A stretch of 64,000 bases of DNA from contig OX597830.1 in the NCBI GenBank assembly GCA_951406725.2, positions 3,596,001-3,660,000 of the forward strand. The letters run 5' to 3'. A program made the translations under genes and the position numbers. Below, in pieces: positions 12,676-22,534 of this stretch. How positions within the stretch are numbered: position 1 is the first letter of the stretch; each line of letters starts with the position of its first letter. The notes beneath the pieces are model-generated. The model searched no databases. It saw only the letters and a program-made list of their open reading frames with translations, and was not told the origin of the DNA. The DNA is from Octopus vulgaris (taxonomy: Eukaryota).

Positions 12676-13865
12676 GATAATTTATAAAAATAAAATATAT
12701 TTTCTGGATTGATTATTTGTTTATTATATTTTGTTTCTTAACAAATTTGTGTGTGTGTGTGTGTGTGTGTATACATGTATGTGTATAAGAAAAACTGAAC
12801 TGAAGTCCATGTCAAGAATTGATTTTGCTATCTAGAGAAATCAGTTTCACACTTACATAATTTGCAGAAATCTCATAAGAATACATTTTTCATGTCAGAA
12901 TATCCATTATAATTCATTGAATGTCGTGAAGCATTTTGTTTTTGTGTTCCATCATGGTTTCACTGGCTGCATATTGTCACTTGGTGATCAACATTCTGAA
13001 TAAATATGAAGTGCCGAGTGCTGCTTTCTTTCATTTCATTTTGGTTTTTCATTCTTTCTTTTACTTCTCTGCTTTTCAAATTTGTATTTTTCCTAGAAAT
13101 TTCTAAATAAAGACATATTTTAGCAATATTTTTTTGAGACCTTTTATAAATTATAATATTTACCATACATGTGAGCTGCTAATCATATTATTATACCAAA
13201 CATGATTTGAAATGTAAGCAAAAAATAAATATGTATATATAAGTATACATATATATATTATATATATAAGAATTGAAATGCAATAAAATAACTGGTAGTT
13301 TTATATACATATATATATATCAATATATATGTGTGTGTATATATATATATATATATACATACACAAAATGAAATTAGTTTCAGAGTGACAAGTTACAGCT
13401 AGCAGCTTGTTCAACAAGACTAGTAGAACAGGCTGCTGTAATAAATTTGACTGCTATATAGGCATTGAGTTTACCCATTTGGAAATATTGTTAGCATTTT
13501 GAACATTTCTTTTTTAACTAATAACTTGAACACTACTGAGTGTGTGTATGTGCATGCGTGCATGTGTATTGTGTGTGCGTGTGTGTGTGTACATGTACAT
13601 ACACACATACGTGTGTATGTATAAATTTGTGTGTATCGATGTGGTTGTTTGTAAAATACTTCACCGAAATATCTGTACCCAATACATTCTGCTTCTTCAT
13701 CTCTGTGCTGCCAGCATCACTTCCTCTCCGCTGGACCACCTGTCTTTGTCATTCATCTGTCGTTGATTTGTCCACACACAAACATATATGAAAATGGTAT
13801 GGAGAAAGAAATTATGGAAACTAAAAGATCTTGCAATTGGAGATAGATTTAGAGAAATTCTAATT

Positions 13866-14104
13866 GACGCATATGTCGTAGTGGTTAAGAGTGCGGGCTA
13901 CTAACCCCAAAATTTCGAGTTTGATTCCAGGCAGTGACCTGAATAATAATAACAATAACAACATTGAAAAATACCTTAGGAATGAGAACTCAAGGTTCAA
14001 AATTTCCCCAAGACACCTGATGAAGGCTGGAGGGTATATCAGCCGAAACGTTGTGTTAACAACAAACAAGATGAGGATAAATATCCGTCAAAATGTAAAT
14101 AATG
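13866..14104 (+). mobile_element. tRNA-headed short element carrying a hammerhead ribozyme
   Basis: GACG..TAGTGGTTAAG (A box), anticodon-like arm GGG-CTACTAA-CCC, GTTTGATTCC (B-box-like), an (AAT/AAC) spacer, then the hammerhead at 14012-14057. Confidence 0.75.
14012..14057 (+). ncRNA. Minimal type I hammerhead ribozyme with palindromic ACGU stem III
   Basis: Stem I GACAC/GUGUU; core CUGAUGA (14017-14023); extra A; stem II GGCUG/CAGCC; GAAA (14045-14048); predicted cleavage after GUU (14052). Confidence 0.85.
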
Positions 14105-14169
14105 GATACATATGTCTATAGGAAAGAAGATTTATATAGAAGTAGCATAGGCATCAACTAGGAATTTTT

Positions 14170-15200
14170 ATGAAATAACCTTTCTGGGTTTATAAATCAT
14201 CCATGTAGCTGGAGCAAAATCTCAGCCAAAAGTAAGATGACGGCAGGAGTTGACAGAGCAGTGAAGACTAAAAGACATGCTTGAAGAGACTGGATGGAAA
14301 GTAGTAGAAAGGAGCATTCCCTAATGGCGCGAAGAGTAACAAGGCAACAGATATATTTGGCTAGGGGTGAGGCAGAGAGGAAGAGATTTGTACATGTTTA
14401 TCAGCACAAATATGAAGGAAGTGGGGTGTTTGGAATGACAAAGCAGGGTGTGAGAGAGAATTGAGAAATCATTGGTGAGAAGTATATTGAGGATGATGAA
14501 GGCATACTCACCATCGATATGGAAGAGAAGAAAGTGGCTTGAAAGTGCTATCATGAGAGGCTCTTATATGTTGGGAATGGGTGGCATAAAGAGGGTTTAC
14601 TCCAGCTGGACCTACAGGGGAACCAGCAATTTAAATTGAGAGCAGCATGTTAAATACAGCAAAGATACAAAGAGAGTAAAAGCCACGTGACCGTCAGGAA
14701 TAACTGCAAAGACATTTGAATTACTGGTGAAGTAGGTTATATGATTTCCACCCAGATACTTAATCAAGTTATATACAGTAAGGAATCATACTCAATGACT
14801 AGCATCACAGAATCACTGTAAACTGATACAAAAACAAAGAGCTGCCTCTGTAACAGAATCAAATCTCTAGATCAGGTGATGAAGACCCAACTCATCCATG
14901 ATAGATTAGGCCTAGATGAGAGGCAGTTTTGCTTTGTTACTGGAAGAGGAACCAAGATACAGTCTTCTTAGTGAGGCAATTATAAGAGAAATACTTGGAT
15001 AAGATGAAACTGCTATTCCTGGCATAATTTGTTTGTTTTTCTTTATTTGGAGAAAATGTTTGACAGCATCCTGTGCTAAGTGATGCAGAAGGTTACTGAG
15101 GACACTTGTTGATGATAAATCGCTTGCAGAGGCTGTGTGGGCTACGTACAAAGATGCTGTGAAGGAAAGTGAGAGCTGACATCAATTTTAGTGAGGAATG
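14170..15200 (+). mobile_element. Old, heavily decayed RTE LINE fragment
   Basis: ARRVTRQQIYLARGEAERKRF parallels AKREARRQVYLARGEADKKKF at ~23290. Later remnants match PSGITA, LDQVMK and LDERQF. Confidence 0.8.
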
Positions 15201-15655
15201 TATATGTATGTGTGTCTGTATTTGTCCCGCAACCATCGCTTGACAACCGATGTTGGTGTGTTTACATCCCTATAACTTAGCGGTTCAGCAAAAGAGGCCA
15301 ATAGAATAAGTACTAAGCTTACAAAGAATATGTCCTGGGGTTGATTTGTTCGACTAGAGGTGGTGCCCCAGCATGGCCACTGTCAAATGACTGAAACAAG
15401 TGAAAGAATGTGTGTGTGCGTGTGTGTGCTTGTGTGTGTACATAGTCTTTTACTTGATTTCTATTTTTCAGTTATTAAACTGTGGCCATGCTAAAGCATG
15501 GTTTTTTTAGTCCAAATAATCCTTCCTAGAACTTATTTTTAAGTCAGGTACTTGTTTGGTTTGTTTCTTTTGCTGAACTGCTAAGTTATCAACACATAAA
15601 CACACCAACATAGGCTCTAAAATTGTGGATGGAGACCAAATACAACAGAGACACA
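15200..15655. mobile_element. Two 3' halves of SINE family A, tail to tail (15200-15410 plus, 15445-15655 minus)
   Basis: Match to the 3' half of 58207-58690 (CATCGCTTGACAACCGATG...CAAATGACTGAAACAAGT). Confidence 0.8.
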
Positions 15656-15685
15656 TTTTAAAACATAATTCACGTATATATTTAT

Positions 15686-16690
15686 GTACTGAGTGGGGGC
15701 AGAGAGGATGGACGTTTTTGAAATGGCTATTACTTAGCCCCAGGGGGAGGGACATAGGTCCAACAGGTACCCCTTGGTCTGTGGTGTCTTAGCATTTTTC
15801 TTTCTTTTCAGGTGAAGCCATGGTGTTGTGGACGATAGAGCATCGTGTGTTTGCCCACGAAAGTGATGTGAAGAATTACGTGTCTGTCACAGCAGTTCAG
15901 CATGAATTTCAATGCCACTTCAACATTCACCGAAATCAGGCTGTTTCCACCCATAACACAATCTTACGTTGGTTGAATGCACTTTGTACACGAGTTTGAA
16001 GGAGACCAGTGGGAGTGCCATGAATGGTACAGACCCTGGAAAATGTGGAACGCGTGATACAAGTTTTGATATGAAGTCTGAATCGCTCTGCTCAGAGGCA
16101 TCCCACTGAACTTGGCATTGGTAAATGATCAGTAAAGCATATTTTGCATGAAGACCTGCATTGCCACCTGTACAAATTGGTCATTGGGCAACAGCTGAAA
16201 CCATGGGACTATGCACAGCGACTTAACTTTGCACATCAGATGGAAGCAATTATTGAAGCAAATGACAACCTCATTTTTTTAATGAGTGATGAAGCTCATT
16301 TTCTTCTGAATGGCATGGTGAATCAACAGAACTGTTGTTATTGGGCTCTTGAAAATCTGAGAGAACTGCATGAAAGTGAAGGTCTGGTCTCCTTACTTTT
16401 TTTGGAGAAAATAATGGAAATGCTGTTACTGTGAACTCAAAGCTTTGCATCGAGATGATAAACAACTTCTTTGTGCCTGAATTATGATGAAAACGTATGC
16501 CTATTCGATGTGTGTAGTTTCAACTACGGCCCACACAACCAGAGTATCAATGGATGTTCTTTGCCCTCTCTTTGGTGACCACCTCATTTCCAATTTTGCT
16601 CGCATTCCTTGTCACCCTTGATCCCCTGATTTGTCTATGTGAGATTATTTCTTATAGGGAAGCCTCAAGGCACATGTACCTTCTCTTCCA
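15686..16690 (+). mobile_element. Decayed Tc1/mariner-superfamily transposon, probably DD41D (rosa-like)
   Basis: MVLWTIEHRVFA..SVTAVQHEFQCHFNIHRNQAV..TILRW (HTH region), MSDEAHFLLNGMVNQQNCCYWA, TAHTTRVSMDVL..LIS..SPDLSM*DYFL. The second Asp is deleted; reconstructed spacing is about 41. Confidence 0.8.
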
Positions 16691-16708
16691 CTGTTTGAAG
16701 TATATATA

Positions 16709-17531
16709 TACAGGGTGCAGTGAATAAACTGTCATCTAAATTACACAAAAAAAGGAAAACACATCTTATTTTAACAGACATATTTACAAAGATTACATAA
16801 AAATATCTTGAAATATTAATTTATTCAATAAAATCGCCCTTGGCTTCAACCACGGCCTCCTGACGACTTTGGAATCCCTTGCAACTCTTCTGGATGGACT
16901 CCTTGTTTAAGTTGGTGAATGCTGCCATAACCCTTGCCTTCAGTTCATCTTTAATGTTACAAGGAATGTAACTGCACCCCACACATAATAATCAAACAGT
17001 CTGGGCAGTTAAGTGACCAGATGTTAGGGGGTGATGTGGTCGCAGAAATTGTCTGACAGCCATGACTAGGTTCTCTTGCTTGTGTGGCATGGTGCAGAGT
17101 CCTCTTGCCACATGTAGGGTTTTCTAGCAGCCACCCTCTTGACCCAGGGCAGCACTACCTCCTCTAGGTACTCGATGTAAGCCTCCATGTTGAGTCTGAG
17201 GCTGTGTGGGAAGATGAATGGAGGCATAACCTCACCATCACTAGTAATCTCTCGAAACACCATGATGTTGCCTGGATGTTTGATTTTTATCACACTCGGG
17301 ACATAACCTCAGATTGCACTGTCCTCAGATTTGGCACCAAACACTGCCAAGCAGTACAGCATGTCATTTCCAAATTTATGGCAGAGTGAGTTGTGTCATG
17401 ATGCTCTTTTTCTCACAGACAGTGCCCAGCTGATCCTACTATACTGTGTAGTCGACAAAACAAAAACAAACAATGCACATATGTGAAATTAACAATATGA
17501 AATGGTGAAATTTTGCCCATCGACCCCTGTA
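16709..17531 (-). mobile_element. Second internally deleted DD37D (maT-like) element, with both ends present
   Basis: Homologous to 8996-9760 (KIKHPGNIMVF..DGEVMPPFIF..WQEDSAPCHTSKRT*). Termini TA-CAGGGTGCAG and TA-CAGGGGTCGA are inverted and flanked by TA. Confidence 0.88.
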
Positions 17532-17989
17532 TATTTTTCAACTGACCCCCTTTTTTTTATTAGTTATTTTTTCTTACTTAGAACTAAAGCCATGCCCATA
17601 CCTGAGCACCACCTTGAAACAGTCTAATAAAATAGGCTGATCCCAGTACTTTTACATTTGAATGTCTGCTATTCATTCTTTCAGTCACTTTTGCCAAACT
17701 CCTAAGTTGCACAGATGTAAACAAACCAACACCAGATGTTAAGCAGGGGAAGGGAGATACACACAGACACTAAAACATATACATATGAATGCATATTTAT
17801 GTATGTGTGCATGAATATATGTATATATGTTTGCAAACACACACACACATACACATATATGATTGTGTCCCACACAGTTTCTGCCTGCCATTGGTTGACC
17901 CATGGCAATAGTAGAAGAAAACACCCAAAGTTCCATGCAATGGCACTGACCCCTAACCAACATAATTATATAGCAAGTTTACACAGCCA

Positions 17990-18752
17990 AATCCCCAAGA
18001 TTTATTCTTCGTAAGCCTAGTACTTATTCTATCAACCTCTATCAACTGCTAAGTTATGGGGATGTAAACACACCAGCACCACAACACCTGTTGTCAAGTG
18101 GTGATGGAGGACAAATACAGACTCAACAAACACATACATCATCATTATCATCATCATTATTTAACGTCTGCTTTCCATGCTGGCATGGGTTGGACAGTTT
18201 AACTGAAAACTGGTAAGCTGGGGGAGCTGCACCAGGTTCCAGTCTGATTTGGCAAGGTTTGGCTGGATGCCTTTCCTAATGCCAACCACTCTGAGAGTGT
18301 AGTGGGTGGTTTTTACATCCCAGTGGCACAGGTGCCACAGGCTTGACACTGCCATCAGCCACAACTACTGTCTTGTTTGGCTTGACAGGTCTACACAAGC
18401 ATGGTATATTGTCACTGCCTCCATGGGCTCAATGCTCAAATGGTGCTTTTTATGTGCCACCAGCACAGGTGCCAGTCAGACAGCACTGGCATCAGCCATG
18501 ACTTTGATCTCACTAGGCTCGATGGGTCTTTTCACCGATGGTCTCAGTTGATTGTCATTGCCTCTGTGAGGTCCAACATTCGAAGATTGTGCTTTGATAT
18601 ATGATGGGCTTCTTTCAGTTTCTGTCTATCAAATCCACTCACAATCTGAGGCTTTAGTAGAATATATTTGCCCAAGGTGCCACACAGTGGGACTGAACGT
18701 GGAGCCATGTGGTTGGGAGGCAAGCCTCTTACCACACAGCCATGGCTGCACC
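17990..18752 (-). mobile_element. SINE family A split by an RTE 3' fragment inserted in its internal microsatellite
   Basis: 3' half at 17990-18137 and tRNA-like head at 18598-18752, both on the minus strand. Confidence 0.8.
18138..18597 (-). mobile_element. 5'-truncated RTE 3' UTR with (GAT)n tail
   Basis: Reverse complement matches 25320-25783 (GAGTGGTTGGC.TTAGGAA.GGCATCCAGC; CCAACCCATGCCAGCATGGAAAGC.GACGTTAAA). Confidence 0.88.
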
Positions 18753-18815
18753 TATATATATAAGTGTGTGTGTATATGTATATATATATATATATACATG
18801 CAAACACACATATAC

Positions 18816-19105
18816 ATCTCTCTCTATATAAACGGCAGTTTGTCTGTGCGTGTTTCTGTGTGTCTGTTTTCTCGTACCCTCACTCTGACCACGGCTTTCA
18901 ACCGATTCTGATGAAACTTGACACACACATAGCCAATGTCATAATTCAAAACTAACGCAGCGAAAATTTTGAAAAGTTCCCCAGTTCTGAAAAAATCGAT
19001 AATTATATATATATATACTCTCAAAAATTTACATTTTTTCCATACTATTTTTTGGCTATAACTCTCTAAAAATGCATAGTTATTTTACAAACCTGAGCAA
19101 CACGA
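18816..19105 (+). mobile_element. Non-autonomous Helitron-like element, 3' end truncated
   Basis: Starts A|TCTCTCTCTATATAAA, followed by GTCTGT-type repeats and CCGATTCTGATGAAACTTG, and ends CCTGAGCAAC. These are typical of small rolling-circle elements; the terminal hairpin and CTAG are missing. Confidence 0.55.
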
Positions 19106-19959
19106 CATATATATATATGTATTTATACACACACATAAACATACACACATACATTTATATATGTATATACACACACACAAACACTCATATACATATATGC
19201 ATACATACATGTATATATATACGCACACATATACATATGTGTGTATATGTATATATATGAGTGTGTGCGTATATTACATTTAAATATATGAGTCAAACAT
19301 CTGTTCAGTAATTTTGTTTTTTATGTTCTGTCCTTTGTGCTTTTTAACGATCCATTTGATGAGAGAGGGGAGTAGAGAAGGGAGTGGGTGGGAAGTTTTC
19401 ATTTAAGTAATCACCATCAAAATATTGAGCTCGATATTGTGTCAAGTGTTTTTTTTTAATTAATAGTGAATGTTAATTGAGTGATTAGCTTCTCTGTTTT
19501 GATAATATTATGCAGCACCATAAGACTCAGGGTAGCTCTTGGTCAGTCTTGGTACACAATGAGGAATTGTGTACCAGCCAAACTAATTCTTTATTTGTTT
19601 GTTGCACATCTGGCACTGCATTATCCAATGCAACCTTCCCTTTGTAAGGTGCAAGGGTATAATATGAGGACGATTAGTCTTCTGTTTCTAGCAAATATTT
19701 CTAATGCACCAATAAAAAGTTCTTAGGATGGCCAGTAGATATTAACTCAGACATTTTGCTTTTAGGGTAGATGATCACCGGTCCAACTTGAGGAATTTCT
19801 CATCAAAACAAAGGTTGCATTTATTTCCGCCATGCTGCAACTACATGAAGTATTTAGAATGATACTACGGTATACCATCTCTTGTTCTCTTTTGTACCAT
19901 TGCCTTGGAAATTGACTTCCGGGAGTAATTCTGGTAGGAGGTGGTATGTTGGTAAAAAT

Positions 19960-20224
19960 AAGGTGGTGAGCTGGCAGAAATGTTAGCACGCCAGGCGAAA
20001 TGCTTAGCGGTATTTCGTCTGCCACTACGTTCTAAGTTCAAATTCTGCCGAGGTAGACTTTGCCTTTCATCCTTTTAGGGTTGATAATTTAAGTCCCAGT
20101 TACGCACTGGGGTCGATAATTTAAGTCCCAGTTACGCACTGGGGTCGATATAATCGACTTAATCCATTTGTCTGTCCTTGTTTGTCCCCTCTGTGTTTAG
20201 CTCCTTGTGGGTAGTAAAGAAATA
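19960..20224 (+). mobile_element. SINE family B with a 17-bp TSD and an internal ~32-bp tandem duplication
   Basis: TSD GGTATGTTG(G/A)TAAAAAT at 19943-19959 and 20225-20241. GATAATTTAAGTCCCAGTTACGCACTGGGGTC occurs twice. B-box-like GTTCAAATTC. Confidence 0.92.
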
Positions 20225-21134
20225 GGTATGTTGATAAAAATTGTTTTCCAATTGGTCGTCTATGAAGCCAATGTACGAGATTATTTACTTTTGTTTGTGA
20301 AATGATAAAGAGATGAAAATTGTCCAGGGAAATAACCCCGATTCCTTGTAGTTGCATTGATGCTAACAGAGAATCTATATGAAGTATCTTGGCTTAAATC
20401 AAAGCATAGTACTATCATTGAATCTGTTGTCTATGAACACATCTTCATCTTTTGTATAGAATAATGTATAAGATTTCATCTATTATGAGCTGCCTTCCTA
20501 TAAGGAGGCTGATGATGAGAAGGGAAGTTTGGATGGAGGAGGAGGAGGAATGTCTGTACAAAGCAGTGAAAGATATTAATTAAAGAAAGCAACATTACTA
20601 TTCGACAATTCTAGTTTCCTGATCAATCAAATATTTGGCTTAAAATTTGATTTCAGGGAAATATTTAAATACAAATTCAGCCATGAAACCAAATTAGGGA
20701 TGCCAACACACAGAATTCTATCTCTTTTGTAAGAATATGATGAGATTCTATTTAAGAGGTGACAAAGTGCAATATTTTCTAACAGACCAAAAGAAGAATT
20801 CTTTGTGCATATGTTTCAAGGCAAACCTCTGGTAGAATGTGAAGAATTCTTATGTTAAGAAGCCAAGTAGACTAAGAACTTTTATTCTTTTGTACTTTTA
20901 CTTACTTCTGCAAATAGGCTATGGCCATACTGGAGCACTACCTTCATGGGTAAAATTGATTGTATCATACCCCAATATTTATTTTGGGCTGGTACTTACA
21001 TTTTTGTTCTATTTATCAAATGCCTAACTTATGCTTTTCCCATAAACAGGCACGACTCAATGTAATGACATTGGACTGACTGAAAGTTAGGAATTACGGT
21101 CAATATTACATTTCTTAAAGAATAACAAATTTGC

Positions 21135-21135
<1 letters not shown>

Positions 21136-21186
<51 letters not shown>
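21136..21186. repeat. (GA)n microsatellite
   Basis: Read directly. Confidence 0.97.
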
Positions 21187-21190
<4 letters not shown>

Positions 21191-21786
21191 GGATAGAGGG
21201 AGAAAGAGAGAATGATGCAAATAAAGAAATAAAGCTGCTTGGATTAGATGAGCAAAATATCATTCAACTATGGTGGTAGTTGAATAATATTCTTAAGGCT
21301 GCAATTTACTCACATGCAGCATCTTTCAGAGCTTAATGCTAATTTAGTTCTTGAGCAAATTGAAAACTATTAATATTTTTGAAGAGGACTGGTCCCTAGC
21401 TACAGTTTGGCATAAAAAATTGAGATTTGGTCCAGTAGAAAAAAGGTTAAATCAAAATATGTAGCAGTGTTTTAGGAGAGTAAGTAACACCTCCAATCAA
21501 GTTTAGATCTAAATAACTTTTTTTATTTTAAAAGTAAAATATATTTATCTTAGTTTCAATGATAGAAGAAAGCATGAAGAATTTCATAGTTTTGTTCCCA
21601 TGCAACAAAAATTTGTATTAAAAATGTTGTGAGGTAAAATATCAGGAAAAAATATAAATAAGGCAAAAAATTGGATTTAGGTATAATTAACTTTTTTTTA
21701 TTTTAAAATCAAATAAAGCTTAAATGATAGAGCTCTGTTCGAGTAAAACAAGTTATGAGTGTTTGTTTCTCAAATTTGAGAGTGAT

Positions 21787-22207
21787 ACTCTTTACTCTCT
21801 CTTTTCTCTTTTACTTGTTTCAGTCATGTGCATGTGGCCATGCTGGAGCACCACCTTCAGTCGATCAAATCGACCCCAGGACTTATTCTTTGTAAGCCTA
21901 GTACGTCTTTTATCGGTCTCTTTTTTGCCGAACCGCTAAGTTACGGGGACGTAAACACACCAGCATTGGTTGTCAAGCGATGTTGGTGGGGATAAACACA
22001 GACACACAAGCATGCACATACATATATATATATATACATATATATGACGGGCTTCTTTCAGTTTCCGTCTATCAAATCTACTCACAAGGTTTTGGTCGCC
22101 CCGAGGCTATAGTAAAAGACACTTACCCAAGGTGCCACACAGTGGGACTGAACCCATAACCATGTGGTTCGTAAGCAAGCTACTTACCACATATCCACTC
22201 CTACGCC
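21787..22207 (-). mobile_element. Full-length SINE family A (tRNA-like head, internal (TA/TG)n, GTAAAAGA tail)
   Basis: Highly similar to 43850-44243, 45355-45760, 57094-57499 and, inverted, 58207-58690. Head GGCG.AGGAGTGG..GTGGTAAG...GGTTCAGTCCC. Confidence 0.92.
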
Positions 22208-22534
22208 TATATAATTTTATATATAATTCTATACTTTTTTATGAATATAGTTCTGTAAGGGGACTTTTAATATTTGTCACAGGCATCATTGAGACACGGA
22301 ACAAATTATCAACTACTCCACTAATTGATACATTTAACACATTATTAATTAGCATAATAGCATAGCCTGGAAAATACACGGATTACGTGGAAAAATGCGA
22401 GTAATAGAAATAATATTCTTAAGATTATAAACCTGGAAAATTACAGGACAAGTTATTAGACTTGGAAAAGTTCAGGACAACTTATTACATCTGGTAAAGT
22501 ACAGAAGAAGAAAATCAGAGTACGTGACAGAATA

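Noticed and set aside
12867-12995. Minus-strand AG...GTAAGT bounded segment
   Set aside because: Stops in all three frames; a non-coding exon cannot be supported from sequence alone.
13866-13940. Functional tRNA gene
   Set aside because: No acceptor-stem pairing and a degenerate B box; treated as a tRNA-derived head. The same applies to the other SINE heads.
19550-19576. 11-bp perfect hairpin TGGTACACAAT-GAGGA-ATTGTGTACCA (8-bp hairpin also at ~26304-26322)
   Set aside because: Isolated short stems with no other support; the first lies within an old repeat.
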